A stretch of 64,000 bases of DNA from Candidatus Caccoplasma merdipullorum (GCA_017694415.1 JADIMW010000084.1:2794-66793); one strand, 5' to 3'. Shown: positions 37,745-48,396, counted from the first letter of the stretch. Translations and numbers: made by a program. Notes: generated by a model not told the origin, from the sequence alone.

Positions 37745-39516
37745 TTGTCTGTTTTATCTGTTTGCTGTACCTGCTCCATTACGCGGAGGAAATTCCCGCC
37801 CCAGATTTTTTTCAGGTCGCCGTCGGTATATCCGCGCCGTATCAGTTCGCAGGTTATGTTTATCAGTTCGTTGGCGGCGTTGCACCCGGGTACTCCCCCA
37901 CCCCCGTCCAAATCGGAACCGATGCCGACGTAATCGACGCCTGCCGTCTCTACTACATGGTCGATGTGGTCGGCTATCGTACGGACGTCGGCGTTGCCGT
38001 CGTCGGCGAGAAAATCGTCGTAGATGCATATCTGCACTACCCCGCCCTTTTCGGCCAACGCCTTTATCTGTGCATCGGTAAGGTTGCGCTTGTGGCGGCA
38101 CAACGCACGGCATGACGAGTGGGATGCGATAAACGGCATGCGGCTCTCGTTGAGGACGTCGGCAAATGTGGCGTCGGAGGCGTGCGATACGTCTATCATT
38201 ATTCCCAGACGGTTCATCTCGCGTACTACTTCGCGTCCGAAGTTGCTCAGCCCGCGGTGTTCGTCGTTGCCTTTGGCGGAATCGCATATGTCGTTGTCGC
38301 CGTTGTGGCAGAGTGTCATGTAGATTATTCCCTTGTCGCGGTATTTTTCGAGCAGCGTTATGTCGTGCCCTATGCCGTATCCGTTTTCTATCCCGAAGAA
38401 GATTCCTTTTTTGCCGGAGGCTTTTGCCGACTCGGCTTCTTTACGGTTGCGCACTTGTACTGCCTTGTCGCTGTTGCGTGCTATTTGTGCCGCAAGTTCT
38501 TCTGTTATGGAGGCGCACATGGCTACGGCTGCCGCCGTTTCTTCTTCGTCGCGTCCGCGCTGCGGGATATAGGCTACCATACATTCGGCGTCGATTTTGC
38601 CGTCGCGCAGTTTGGGTATGTCCACTTTGCAGCGGTCGTCGCGTACTCCGATGTCGATTTTTTGCCCGAAGAGCATCGGGGTATCGCAGTGCGAGTCGAG
38701 CGACAGTTCGCGACGGTGAAATTCGCGTGCCCGTGAATAGACGGCGGCTTCTTCGGTAAGCCAGCGGAACAGGGCGAGCATCTTTTCGTCGCCTTCGGCA
38801 GCCATGGGTTCGGGGTGCCACTGTACGCCGAGTATCGGATACATGGGTTTCTCTATCGCTTCGTTTATTCCGTCGTCGGCTACCGCCGTCTGCACGAATC
38901 CGGGTGCTACGGTTGAGACTCCCTGATGATGAAACGTGTTTACGGCTATTTCCTCTGTTCCGAGTATCCGCCACAATAACGACCCGCGTGTTATTTTTAC
39001 CGTATGGGTGGGTGTGTTGCGCGGGGCTTTTTGCGAATGTTCGAGTACGGGCGCGGGGTGTTCGAGCGGTATGTCGCGATAGTTTGTGCCGCCGCAGGCT
39101 GCGTTAAGTACCTGATGTCCGCGGCAGATTCCGAGTATAGGCATCTGCCGCTGCATGGCCATCCGCACGAGGGCTGTCTCTTCGCGGTCGCGCCCTTCAT
39201 CGACGCAGTCTATCTGCGGTATGGTTTCTTGCCCGAGGAGCTCGGGGGAGATGTCGCCTCCGCCGGTAAGGAGCAGCGCGTCGATATGTTCTATTGTCTC
39301 GCCAAGCAGCGACAGGTCGCTGCACTGCGGTATTACCAACGGGATGCCTCCTGCGTTTATAACCGATTTCACATAGTGGTTGGCTACCCGCGAGGTCCCT
39401 TCTTTCTGGTTGGCGGTTATCCCTATGACGGGTGTGCGGCGTCGGTACGAGCGTTGTGTTCCCTGCTCCGTTTCTTCGAATATCTTGCTTATCCCGGCCG
39501 GTATGTTTTCTGACAT
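37741..39516 (-). CDS. fusion protein: peptidase C26 (gamma-glutamyl hydrolase, PuuD-like class-I amidotransferase) + M19 membrane-type dipeptidase
   Basis: The N-terminal ~250 aa carry GICRGHQ (Cys nucleophile) and VQWHPE (His). The C-terminal ~330 aa carry M19 motifs (DSHCDTP, GIENGYG, MTLCHNGDN, IDVSHAS, IASHSS, GIGSDLDGG). Confidence 0.85.
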   Translation of the reverse strand: MSENIPAGISKIFEETEQGTQRSYRRRTPVIGITANQKEGTSRVANHYVKSVINAGGIPLVIPQCSDLSLLGETIEHIDALLLTGGGDISPELLGQETIPQIDCVDEGRDREETALVRMAMQRQMPILGICRGHQVLNAACGGTNYRDIPLEHPAPVLEHSQKAPRNTPTHTVKITRGSLLWRILGTEEIAVNTFHHQGVSTVAPGFVQTAVADDGINEAIEKPMYPILGVQWHPEPMAAEGDEKMLALFRWLTEEAAVYSRAREFHRRELSLDSHCDTPMLFGQKIDIGVRDDRCKVDIPKLRDGKIDAECMVAYIPQRGRDEEETAAAVAMCASITEELAAQIARNSDKAVQVRNRKEAESAKASGKKGIFFGIENGYGIGHDITLLEKYRDKGIIYMTLCHNGDNDICDSAKGNDEHRGLSNFGREVVREMNRLGIMIDVSHASDATFADVLNESRMPFIASHSSCRALCRHKRNLTDAQIKALAEKGGVVQICIYDDFLADDGNADVRTIADHIDHVVETAGVDYVGIGSDLDGGGGVPGCNAANELINITCELIRRGYTDGDLKKIWGGNFLRVMEQVQQTDKTDK

Positions 39517-39653
39517 TCTGTTATTTTTTTCGTAATAATGCGAAAGGGGCGCATCTGCTGAAACCGCCCCTCTCTGAATTTATGTTGTCTCCCGTTTGCG
39601 GGGAGTGGATGGTCCTGCGTGTACGGGGGGTGTCCCCGACACCGGGACTTTTT

Positions 39654-40661
39654 TTATAATGCGTTGTTCTTTATCAGGTATTCTGCTATCTGGACGGCAT
39701 TCAATGCCGCACCTTTGCGTATCTGGTCGCTTACTGTCCAGAAGACGAGGCCGTTGTCGCATGCCAGATCTTTGCGGATGCGTCCTACGTAAACGGGGTC
39801 TTTTCCTGCTATGTCGAGCGGCATGGGATATACCTTGTTTTCCAAATCGTCCATCAGCACTACTCCCTGACTTGTTGCAAAGGCTTCGCGTGCTTCTTCT
39901 ACGGATATGGGGCGTTCGGTCTCTACCCATATTGTTTCGGAATGTGCTCGCATTACAGGTACGCGTACGCATGTGGCGGACGTTTTTACGTCGGAATGCA
40001 TTATCTTGCGGGTTTCGTTGAACATCTTCATCTCTTCTTTGGTATAGAGATTTTCTGTTGCTACATCTACCTGCGGTATGAGGTTGTATGCCAACTGATA
40101 GTAGAATTTGTTAATGGTGGGGGCTTCGCCTCGCTGCAACTGTGCATATTGTTCCACGAGCTCGTCCATGGCTGCCGCTCCTGCTCCGCTGGCGGCCTGA
40201 TAGGTGGAGACGTGTACGCGTTTTATGTGCGAGAGTTTTTCTATTGCGTTGAGGGCTACCACCATCTGTATCGTCGTACAGTTGGGGTTGGCTATTACGT
40301 TGCGGGGGCGTACTTCGGCATCTTTTCCGTTTACTTCGGGTACTACCAGGGGTACGTCGTCGTCCATGCGGAACGCGCTGGAGTTGTCTATCATTACCGC
40401 ACCGTAACGTGTGATGGTTTTTTCGAATTTCTTTGAGGTGCCTGCTCCGGCCGATGTAAAGGCTATATCTACTCCTTTAAAATCGTCGTTGTCCTGCAAC
40501 TCCTTTACTGTGCACTCTTTGCCTTTGAAGGTGTATGTGCTTCCTGCGCTGCGCGATGATCCGAAAAGAAGGAGTTCGTCTATCGGAAAATCTCTTTCGG
40601 CCAATACGCGGAGGAACTCCTGCCCTACCGCACCGCTGGCACCGACAATTGCTACTTTCAT
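39654..40661 (-). CDS. asd: aspartate-semialdehyde dehydrogenase
   Basis: 335 aa with [14 protein letters not shown] (NAD(P) binding), NPNCTT (active-site Cys) and a VPVMRAHSE-like segment. Confidence 0.95.
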   Translation of the reverse strand: MKVAIVGASGAVGQEFLRVLAERDFPIDELLLFGSSRSAGSTYTFKGKECTVKELQDNDDFKGVDIAFTSAGAGTSKKFEKTITRYGAVMIDNSSAFRMDDDVPLVVPEVNGKDAEVRPRNVIANPNCTTIQMVVALNAIEKLSHIKRVHVSTYQAASGAGAAAMDELVEQYAQLQRGEAPTINKFYYQLAYNLIPQVDVATENLYTKEEMKMFNETRKIMHSDVKTSATCVRVPVMRAHSETIWVETERPISVEEAREAFATSQGVVLMDDLENKVYPMPLDIAGKDPVYVGRIRKDLACDNGLVFWTVSDQIRKGAALNAVQIAEYLIKNNAL

Positions 40662-40863
40662 ATTCTTGTTTGTTTTAATTTGTGCAGGGTCGCCGCCGAC
40701 GTCATTTTCTCTGTTTACGGATTTCCCCGTTTTGCCGACCTGAAACCCTTGCTCGTTTTTTGAATAAATTCTGTTCGAGGCACAAAAATAAGTTATTTTG
40801 ACATAATAGAGCCATATTGGAGAAAAAAATCTTTATATGCTTGCTTCCTATCGCAGATTACAT

Positions 40864-40871
40864 TAAATTTG
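40864..40871 (+). promoter_or_regulatory. -7 promoter box TAAATTTG for the sdh/frd operon
   Basis: Matches TAnnTTTG, 48 nt upstream of the ATG at 40919. Confidence 0.45.
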
Positions 40872-40918
40872 CATACTCGGAAATTTTTATCATTTATATT
40901 CATTAAATTAAATTTTTT

Positions 40919-41587
40919 ATGTGGTTAACAGATTCGTCTATCGGGAGAAAGCTCGTAATGAGTATAACGGGACTTTTTCTTGTTTTGTTCCTGACATTCC
41001 ACTTGTCGATGAACCTCGCAGCCGTATTCTCAGCTGACGGCTACAATATGGTGTGCAAGTTCCTGGGAGCAAATTGGTACGCTATTGCAGGCACGCTTGT
41101 TTTGGCTGCGGGCTTTGTAATACACATCATTTACGCCTTTGTGCTTACATTGCAAAATCTGAAAGCAAGAGGAAGTAATCGTTATCAAGTTACGGCACGC
41201 CCCAAAGGTGTGGAGTGGGCTTCGCAGAACATGCTTGTTCTCGGTATTATCGTAATACTCGGTCTGGTTTTGCACGGGGCTCAGTTCTGGTACAAAATGC
41301 AGCTTAACGAAATTGCAGGACTTGCTCTGCCGGGTGTTGATCCGCACGACGGATATGCTCTGATTAAGGAGACTTTCTCGCACGGGCTGTTCGTAGTGCT
41401 CTACCTCGTATGGTTCGCAGCTTTGTGGTTCCACCTGACACACGGATTCTGGAGCGCTATCCAGACAATCGGCTGGAACAACCTCGTTTGGCTGAAACGC
41501 TGGAAAACCATATCGAACATATTTACTACGATAATCTGCTTAGGCTTCGCTTTCGTAGCCCTCTGGTTTTATTTTGTGGTAGCTTAA
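40919..41587 (+). CDS. sdhC: succinate dehydrogenase/fumarate reductase cytochrome b subunit
   Basis: 222 aa with 5 TM segments and conserved His residues, sitting upstream of the flavoprotein and Fe-S subunits (Bacteroides frdC type). Confidence 0.88.
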   Translation: MWLTDSSIGRKLVMSITGLFLVLFLTFHLSMNLAAVFSADGYNMVCKFLGANWYAIAGTLVLAAGFVIHIIYAFVLTLQNLKARGSNRYQVTARPKGVEWASQNMLVLGIIVILGLVLHGAQFWYKMQLNEIAGLALPGVDPHDGYALIKETFSHGLFVVLYLVWFAALWFHLTHGFWSAIQTIGWNNLVWLKRWKTISNIFTTIICLGFAFVALWFYFVVA

Positions 41588-41612
41588 CCGTAAACAAACA
41601 ACACAACAAATT

Positions 41613-43562
41613 ATGGCAAATATTAAAATAGATTCTAAGATTCCCGAAGGGCCGTTAGCCGAAAAATGGACAAACTACAAGGCTCATCAGAAACTTGTCA
41701 ATCCGGCCAACAAACGCCGTTTGGACATTATAGTCGTAGGGACAGGACTTGCCGGCGGTTCGGCTGCCGCATCGCTCGGCGAAATGGGATTCAATGTTTT
41801 GAATTTCTGTATTCAGGATTCCCCCCGCCGCGCTCACTCAATTGCAGCTCAGGGAGGTATCAACGCAGCTAAGAACTATCAGAACGACGGCGACAGCATT
41901 TATCGCCTCTTCTACGATACGATTAAGGGTGGAGACTACCGCGCTCGCGAAGCCAATGTATATCGTCTGGCAGAAGTCTCCAACAACATAATTGACCAGT
42001 GTGTGGCTCAAGGCGTGCCGTTCGCCCGCGAATACGGAGGTCTGCTCGACAACCGTTCGTTCGGAGGCGCACAGGTATCGCGTACGTTCTACGCCAAAGG
42101 CCAGACGGGACAGCAGTTGCTGCTCGGTGCATACTCGGCACTCAGCCGTCAGGTAAAGAAAGGAACGGTAAAACTTTATACCCGTTACGAAATGCTCGAC
42201 CTCGTGGTTATCGACGGTCGCGCCCGCGGTATAATAGCCCGCAACCTCGTTACCGGTAAAATAGAACGCTTCGGCGCACATGCAGTGGTTATCGCCACCG
42301 GCGGTTACGGAAATACCTATTTCCTCTCGACCAACGCAATGAACAGCAACGGTTCGGCCGCAATGCAGTGCTACCGTAAAGGGGCTTATTTCGCAAACCC
42401 GGCTTTCGCGCAGATTCACCCGACTTGTATTCCCGTTCACGGCGAATTCCAGTCGAAATTGACGCTTATGTCGGAATCGCTCCGTAACGACGGCCGTATC
42501 TGGACTCCGAAAAAGAAAGAGGATGCCGAGGCTATCCGCGCCGGCAAACTGAAACCGACACAGATTAAGGAGGAAGACAGAGACTACTATCTCGAACGCC
42601 GCTATCCGGCATTCGGTAACCTCGTTCCGCGCGACGTAGCTTCACGCGCCGCAAAAGAGCGTTGCGACGCAGGTTACGGCGTGGGCTCGACAGGGCTTGC
42701 CGTTTATCTCGACTTCTCATCGGCTATCCAGAGACTCGGAAAGGATGTTGTTGCAGCCCGCTACGGCAACCTCTTCCAGATGTACGAAAAAATCGTGGAC
42801 GAAAACCCGTACGAAACCCCGATGATGATTTACCCGGCCATCCACTATACGATGGGAGGTATCTGGGTGGATTACGAACTGAGCACTTCTATTCCGGGAT
42901 TGTTCGCCATTGGCGAGGCAAACTTCTCCGACCACGGTGCAAACCGCCTCGGCGCATCGGCACTCATGCAGGGTCTTGCCGACGGTTACTTCGTTCTTCC
43001 CTACACGATACAGAACTACTTGTCCGACCAGATTACCGTTCCGCATATCGACACCAACAGCAAAGAGTTCGACGAAGCTGAACAGGGGGTTATGGCAAGA
43101 ATCGAAAAGCTGATGTCCATAAAAGGAAAACGTTCGGTCGATTCGATACACAAAGAACTCGGTCTTATCATGTGGGAATATGTAGGTATGGGCAGAACCA
43201 AAGAGGGGCTCGAAACCGCATTGAAAAAATTGAAAGAGATTAAGAAAGAGTTCTGGTCCAATGTCCGCATCCCCGGCGAAATCAACTCTATGAATACCGA
43301 ACTGGAGAAGGCTCTCCGCGTAGCCGACTTTATCGAAATCGGCGAGCTGATGGCTTTGGATGCCCTCAACCGCAACGAATCGTGCGGCGGACACTTCCGC
43401 GAAGAGTTCCAGACTCCCGACGGCGAAGCTCTCCGTCAGGATGACAAATACATGTATGTAAGCTGCTGGAAATACAACGGAGAGGACAAAGAGCCGGAGA
43501 TGTACAAAGAACCGCTCAACTACGAAGCTATCAAAGTTCAACAACGTAACTATAAACAATAA
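41613..43562 (+). CDS. sdhA: succinate dehydrogenase/fumarate reductase flavoprotein subunit
   Basis: 649 aa with [15 protein letters not shown] (FAD binding), the covalent-FAD His context [12 protein letters not shown], and HYTMGG. Confidence 0.96.
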   Translation: MANIKIDSKIPEGPLAEKWTNYKAHQKLVNPANKRRLDIIVVGTGLAGGSAAASLGEMGFNVLNFCIQDSPRRAHSIAAQGGINAAKNYQNDGDSIYRLFYDTIKGGDYRAREANVYRLAEVSNNIIDQCVAQGVPFAREYGGLLDNRSFGGAQVSRTFYAKGQTGQQLLLGAYSALSRQVKKGTVKLYTRYEMLDLVVIDGRARGIIARNLVTGKIERFGAHAVVIATGGYGNTYFLSTNAMNSNGSAAMQCYRKGAYFANPAFAQIHPTCIPVHGEFQSKLTLMSESLRNDGRIWTPKKKEDAEAIRAGKLKPTQIKEEDRDYYLERRYPAFGNLVPRDVASRAAKERCDAGYGVGSTGLAVYLDFSSAIQRLGKDVVAARYGNLFQMYEKIVDENPYETPMMIYPAIHYTMGGIWVDYELSTSIPGLFAIGEANFSDHGANRLGASALMQGLADGYFVLPYTIQNYLSDQITVPHIDTNSKEFDEAEQGVMARIEKLMSIKGKRSVDSIHKELGLIMWEYVGMGRTKEGLETALKKLKEIKKEFWSNVRIPGEINSMNTELEKALRVADFIEIGELMALDALNRNESCGGHFREEFQTPDGEALRQDDKYMYVSCWKYNGEDKEPEMYKEPLNYEAIKVQQRNYKQ

Positions 43563-43567
43563 CGGAC

Positions 43568-44323
43568 ATGGACAAGACGATAAATATAACACTTAAAATA
43601 TGGCGTCAGAGAGGCCCAAAGGAAGCAGGCCGCTTCGAGACGTATAAACTGGAAAATATTTCCATAGACAGTTCGTTCCTTGAGATGCTCGATGTCCTCA
43701 ACGAACAACTGATAAACAAAGGCGAAGAGCCGGTAGTTTTCGACAACGACTGCCGTGAAGGTATCTGCGGTATGTGTTCGCTCTACATAAACGGACACCC
43801 GCACGGACCCGACGAAGGCGTTACCACCTGCCAGCTCCACATGCGCCGCTTCAAAGACGGAGATACTATCGTGGTAGAGCCGTGGCGTTCGGCCGGTTTC
43901 CCGATAATAAGGGATCTTATCGTCGATCGCAGCGCATATGACAAGATTATGCAGGCCGGCGGCTACATTTCGGTTAATACCGGCGGCGCACAGGATGCCA
44001 ACGCAATACCTATTCCCAAAAAGAATGCCGACCTCGCTATGGATGCAGCTTCGTGCATCGGTTGCGGCGCATGCGTTGCCGCATGCAAAAACGGCTCGGC
44101 AATGCTGTTCGTTTCGGCAAAGGTAAGCCAACTGGCTCTCCTCCCGCAAGGTAAGGTTGAGGCTGCAAGAAGAGCCAAAGCCATGCTTGCCAAAATGGAC
44201 GAACTCGGCTTCGGTAACTGCACCAACACCGGCGCATGCGAAGCAGAGTGCCCGAAGAACGTTTCGATAACGAATATCGCACGTCTCAACAGGGAATTCA
44301 TCTCGGCCAAACTGAAAGACTGA
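43568..44323 (+). CDS. sdhB: succinate dehydrogenase/fumarate reductase iron-sulfur subunit
   Basis: 251 aa with three Cys clusters ([32 protein letters not shown]). Confidence 0.96.
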   Translation: MDKTINITLKIWRQRGPKEAGRFETYKLENISIDSSFLEMLDVLNEQLINKGEEPVVFDNDCREGICGMCSLYINGHPHGPDEGVTTCQLHMRRFKDGDTIVVEPWRSAGFPIIRDLIVDRSAYDKIMQAGGYISVNTGGAQDANAIPIPKKNADLAMDAASCIGCGACVAACKNGSAMLFVSAKVSQLALLPQGKVEAARRAKAMLAKMDELGFGNCTNTGACEAECPKNVSITNIARLNREFISAKLKD

Positions 44324-44345
44324 TAAATCGGTAAATAGATTGAAG

Positions 44346-44382
44346 ACCGGAGTTGCCGTACTTAGTGTATGGCGACTCCGGT
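44346..44382 (+). terminator. rho-independent terminator of the sdhCAB operon
   Basis: accggagttgcc...ggcgactccggt forms a 12-bp stem with 1 mismatch, followed by tttttgttttt. Confidence 0.75.
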
Positions 44383-44474
44383 TTTTGTTTTTCAAGATTT
44401 GTTTTTCGAGATTTGTTTTTCGAGTAATAACAGGGAATCGCAACATTTTCCGCATTATAGGGAAGGGGAGAGAG

Positions 44475-44600
44475 CGTTCAAAATCATCATTCGGTTCGGC
44501 TGCCGCAGATAATTATCGCCTCAACACGGTACGGAGTATTATGCAGCGGAGGGCGAGGGAACGGGGCGATACATACGGACGGGGACGGAACGGACGGACG
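44475..44600. repeat. 126-bp repeat element, copy A
   Basis: Gapless alignment to 44652-44777 gives 111/126 identical positions (counted by hand). Ends in a G-rich ACGG-type tail (acggacggggacggaacggacggacg). Confidence 0.85.
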
Positions 44601-44651
44601 CAAATCCTAAATACAAATTTTCAGTTTTGGCGGAAAGGTAAAGTGCTGAGC

Positions 44652-44777
44652 CGTTCAAAAATATCATTCGGTTCGGCTGCCGCAGATAAATATCGCTGCA
44701 ACGCGGTACTGCGTATTATGCAACGGAGGGCAAGTGGACGGGGCAATACATACGGACGGGGAAGGAACGGACAGACG
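44652..44777. repeat. 126-bp repeat element, copy B
   Basis: Direct repeat of copy A, offset by 177 bp, 88% identical. Confidence 0.85.
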
Positions 44778-44952
44778 ATAAGACGGGAAACATCAACGCC
44801 GCATCGGGATTGGCTTGGACGGCAACTGTTATTCGGGCGATTGATTTTTATATGTTCCGGAACTCGTTATCTGTCCATGATACCGAAATCTTATTGCACG
44901 CTCTGCTCACGCATACCGGATGAAAATCTTTTTCGGGAAATCGGTCGGATTA

Positions 44953-45358
44953 TTAAAACCGTACCTGTATTTTATATGGAGTGCCGTCGCATACTATTAT
45001 ATATGTGCCGGGGGTATGAACTTCGATATATTTTCCGCCCGATACGGAGCCTGCAATGCTGCCGCTTGCGGTATAGAGCGTACCCCTTACAACATCTTGA
45101 TTTATGTGGATTCTGTTTCCTTCCGTTCTATATTGAACCGTAAGGACGATTTTGTTTCGTTTATAGAGCTGCTTGTTTCGTAACTCTCCCACTGTTGCCC
45201 GCACCCTTCCTGCCACATTGTATATGATACTATGCCTCCGTTTCCCATGCGTCGGCTGCCGGCGGCTCAACGCCTTTTACCCATACGGCTCCGTCTTGAG
45301 CCGATACCGAAAGGGTGAGCATAACCGCTATTGTTATCGTTTGCAAGTATTTGTTCAT
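44953..45358 (-). pseudogene. possible frameshifted gene for a small secreted beta-rich protein
   Basis: A 42-codon ORF (45230-45358) encodes a signal peptide MNKYLQTITIAVMLTLSVSA|QDG... and stops at TAG. A +1-shifted frame (44953-45270) stays open for 105 codons and ends in a beta-strand-like domain (...[19 protein letters not shown]...[18 protein letters not shown]). The two frames overlap between 45230 and 45270. Confidence 0.35.
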
Positions 45359-45639
45359 TTTCTTTTCTTTTTCTGTTTGATATGGTTTCTTATACGGCGT
45401 ACTCCTTCTGCTCCCAAAATAAAAATGCCGAGGTACTGGAACCCTTTTGCCATGCCGAAGAGCGAAGCCCACAATATGGCTTTTGCCGTTGCCGATATTG
45501 GCAGCAGCATTTGTGCAAACGACATTATGTAGAATGGTATGCAACAGAAAAGGATTATTGCTCCGGTACGAAACGACAGCGTCTTTAAACGGGTTGCCGC
45601 TCTGGTTACTAATCCGTATCGGGTATTTCCGTCGTTCAT
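45355..45639 (-). CDS. small two-TM membrane protein (transporter-suffix-domain-like)
   Basis: Trimmed to the ATG at 45639 (MNDGNTRYGL...). Two hydrophobic helices (AIILFCCIPFYIMSF, AILWASLFGMAKGFQYLGIFILG) with a Lys-rich tail. Its stop overlaps the next ATG as ATGA. Confidence 0.5.
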   Translation of the reverse strand: MNDGNTRYGLVTRAATRLKTLSFRTGAIILFCCIPFYIMSFAQMLLPISATAKAILWASLFGMAKGFQYLGIFILGAEGVRRIRNHIKQKKKRK

Positions 45640-45908
45640 GTGGCGAAGATAATATAACTGCCGGTTTTGGCAAAACGCCCGCGGAAGCGGTATTGTTTTA
45701 CCGTGGATGTGCACTTACTATACGGAAACTGTATTTATCGCACGCGGTTGGGGATTTGTATTTCCTTAGATTTGTTCGGGTTGGTTTTCTGATAACTGTT
45801 TGTTTTCAGATATTTGAAACATGTAAGGGTGGCCTCGCCGCTTCGTAAAGAATCTGTTAATGGTAATTATTTTATGTGAAACTTATGTGCCGAAAGCGCA
45901 GTTTTTTC

Positions 45909-45916
45909 TAATTTTG
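45909..45916 (+). promoter_or_regulatory. -7 promoter box TAATTTTG for topA
   Basis: Matches TAnnTTTG, 40 nt upstream of the ATG at 45956. Confidence 0.45.
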
Positions 45917-45955
45917 CAGCCAAATTTGCCTTTTGGCATAAATTCCGACTGAAAA

Positions 45956-48277
45956 ATGCAGCCTAATTTAGTTATTGTTGAATCCCCGGCTAAAGCTAAA
46001 ACCATAGAAAAGTTCCTCGGCAAGGATTTTAAGGTGTTGTCGAGTTACGGTCATATCAGAGATTTGAAGAAAAGAGACTTCAGTATCGATATTGCAAAGG
46101 ATTACTCTCCTGTTTACGAGATTCCCGCCGACAAGAAGAAGGTTGTTTCGGAATTGAAGGAGGCTGCAGAGAAGGCCGATATGGTATGGCTGGCTTCTGA
46201 TGAGGACCGCGAAGGGGAGGCAATAGCGTGGCATTTGTACGAGGTTCTCGGGCTTACGCCTGAAAAGACCCGCCGCATAGTGTTTCACGAAATAACCAAA
46301 ACGGCCATTCTCAAGGCTATCGAGAATCCTCGCGAAATAGATTACAATCTGGTAAATGCACAGCAGGCGCGTCGCGTTCTGGACAGGATAGTGGGTTTTG
46401 AACTGTCGCCCGTATTGTGGCGCAAGATTAAACCGTCGCTGTCGGCGGGCAGGGTACAGTCGGTTGCCGTCCGACTGATTGTGGAACGGGAACGTGAAAT
46501 AGAGAATTTCAAGGCTGAATCTTCGTACCGCGTTACTGCATTTTTTACTCTTCCCGACGGAAATATCATTAAAGGGGAATTGTCGCGCCGCCCGGCTGAT
46601 TATAACGAGGCTTGCGCACTGCTGGAAAGGATTGCGGAAGATTCGTTTTCGATAACGGACATTACCGTTAAGCCGATGCAGAAATATCCCGCTCCGCCGT
46701 TTACGACATCTACGCTGCAACAGGAGGCCGCCCGCAAACTGGGTTTCTCGGTTTCGCAGACCATGAAGATTGCGCAACAGCTTTACGAGGCGGGATTGAT
46801 TACATATATGCGTACCGACTCGGTGAATCTTTCGTCGCTGGCGATAAATACGGCAAAGGAGGTTATTACGGAGAGTTTCGGCACGGAATATTCCGCTCCG
46901 CACAACTATCATACAAGTTCAAAAGGGGCGCAGGAGGCTCACGAAGCTATCCGCCCCACATATATTTCGAACAGGGAAGTTGAGGGTTCGTTGCCGATGC
47001 AGCGCCTCTACGAACTGATATGGAAACGGACGGCGGCATCGCAGATGAGCAATGCGAAAACCGAAAAGACCACCGTTGCCGTTACGGGTGAAAAGAGCGG
47101 CGAAAGGTTTACGGTAACGGGCGAGGTGATAAAGTTCGACGGATTTTTACACCTCTACAAGGAATCGACCGAGGAGGAACCGGAACAGGAAAACGACGGC
47201 AGCACCCTTCCCCCGATGAAACAGGGGGAGAGACTCTCGATGACTTCGGCCGAGGCAGTCGAGAGATTCTCGATGGCTCCGCCGAGATATTCCGAAGCAT
47301 CGCTCGTGCACAAGCTGGAGGAGCTCGGCATAGGACGCCCCTCTACCTATGCTCCAACAATCTCCACGATACAGCAGAGAGAATACGTTACGAAAGGGAA
47401 CAAAACGGGCGAGAAACGCAAATACAAACTCCTGACGCTTAAAAACGGCAAGATAACGCCGTCGGAAAAGAGCGAGACTACGGGCAGTGAAAAGGGGAAA
47501 CTTATCCCCACCGACATAGGTATTGTGGTAAACGACTACCTGACCGAGAACTTCCCCGATATACTGAATTATAATTTCACGGCCGATGTGGAGGAGAAGT
47601 TCGACCGCATAGCTGCCGGTAAAGAGGGGTGGGTCAAATCCATAGATACTTTCTACAAAGGGTTTCATCCGGAAGTGGAAAACGCCACGTCGCAACATTC
47701 CGACCACAGAGTGGGAGAGAGGGTACTGGGTACCGACCCGAAGAGCGGGAAACAGGTTTCGGTAAAGATTGGGCGTTTCGGCCCTGTTGTGCAAATAGGT
47801 ACGGCGGAGGATAAGGAGAAGCCTGTTTTCGCATCGCTGATGAAGGGGCAGACGCTTGGTGGCATAACGCTCGACGAGGCATTGAAACTGTTCGAACTGC
47901 CGCGTACGCTCGGCGAATTTGAAGGGAAGACGGTTGTTGTGGGCGTTGGGCGTTTCGGCCCTTATATCCGCCACGACAACAAGTTTACGTCATTGCCTAA
48001 AGAGTATCAGCCGCTGGAGATTACTCTGGAGGAAGCTGAGGAACTTATAAAGGCTAAACGTATAGAGGAGAGCAACCGTATTATAAAGAGTTTCGACGGG
48101 GAGCCTGACCTGCAGGTCATAAACGGCCGGTACGGTGCATATATATCGTACAGGAAGGGCAACTACAAGCTCCCTAAGAATTGCGAGCCGAAAGAGCTTA
48201 CTCTCGAGGAGTGCATGAAGATTATAAGCGAACAGGGGGAGAAACCTGCAAAGAAGAGCGTAAGGAGAAAGAAATAG
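45956..48277 (+). CDS. topA: DNA topoisomerase I
   Basis: 773 aa with Toprim (LVIVESPAKAKTI), the active-site region (ITYMRTDS) and C-terminal repeats (GRFGPY). Confidence 0.97.
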   Translation: MQPNLVIVESPAKAKTIEKFLGKDFKVLSSYGHIRDLKKRDFSIDIAKDYSPVYEIPADKKKVVSELKEAAEKADMVWLASDEDREGEAIAWHLYEVLGLTPEKTRRIVFHEITKTAILKAIENPREIDYNLVNAQQARRVLDRIVGFELSPVLWRKIKPSLSAGRVQSVAVRLIVEREREIENFKAESSYRVTAFFTLPDGNIIKGELSRRPADYNEACALLERIAEDSFSITDITVKPMQKYPAPPFTTSTLQQEAARKLGFSVSQTMKIAQQLYEAGLITYMRTDSVNLSSLAINTAKEVITESFGTEYSAPHNYHTSSKGAQEAHEAIRPTYISNREVEGSLPMQRLYELIWKRTAASQMSNAKTEKTTVAVTGEKSGERFTVTGEVIKFDGFLHLYKESTEEEPEQENDGSTLPPMKQGERLSMTSAEAVERFSMAPPRYSEASLVHKLEELGIGRPSTYAPTISTIQQREYVTKGNKTGEKRKYKLLTLKNGKITPSEKSETTGSEKGKLIPTDIGIVVNDYLTENFPDILNYNFTADVEEKFDRIAAGKEGWVKSIDTFYKGFHPEVENATSQHSDHRVGERVLGTDPKSGKQVSVKIGRFGPVVQIGTAEDKEKPVFASLMKGQTLGGITLDEALKLFELPRTLGEFEGKTVVVGVGRFGPYIRHDNKFTSLPKEYQPLEITLEEAEELIKAKRIEESNRIIKSFDGEPDLQVINGRYGAYISYRKGNYKLPKNCEPKELTLEECMKIISEQGEKPAKKSVRRKK

Positions 48278-48346
48278 CTTAAGTTGGAGAGTATGACATT
48301 CCCGAGAGGGGTGCATCGTTTTCGTACGAAAAGTGATATTCATAAT

Positions 48347-48396
48347 AAAGCCGATAACGGCAACGGTTTGGAAAAGAATCGTCCGTTATCGGCTTT
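48347..48396. terminator. hairpin between convergent topA and lrgB
   Basis: aaagccgataacgg / ccgttatcggcttt forms a perfect 14-bp stem with a 22-nt loop. The A/T runs are part of the stem ends. Confidence 0.7.

Noticed and set aside
44475-44777. Checked whether the direct repeats could be a CRISPR array.
   Set aside because: There are only two copies, the units are 126 bp long and only 88% identical, the spacer is 51 bp, and no cas genes are present. This is not CRISPR-like.
44340-45143. 267-aa plus-strand ORF downstream of sdhB.
   Set aside because: It starts inside the sdh terminator and translates the two 126-bp repeats into duplicated Arg/Gly-rich low-complexity sequence. It also runs antisense to the more protein-like minus-strand frame at 44953-45270. 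Not considered coding.
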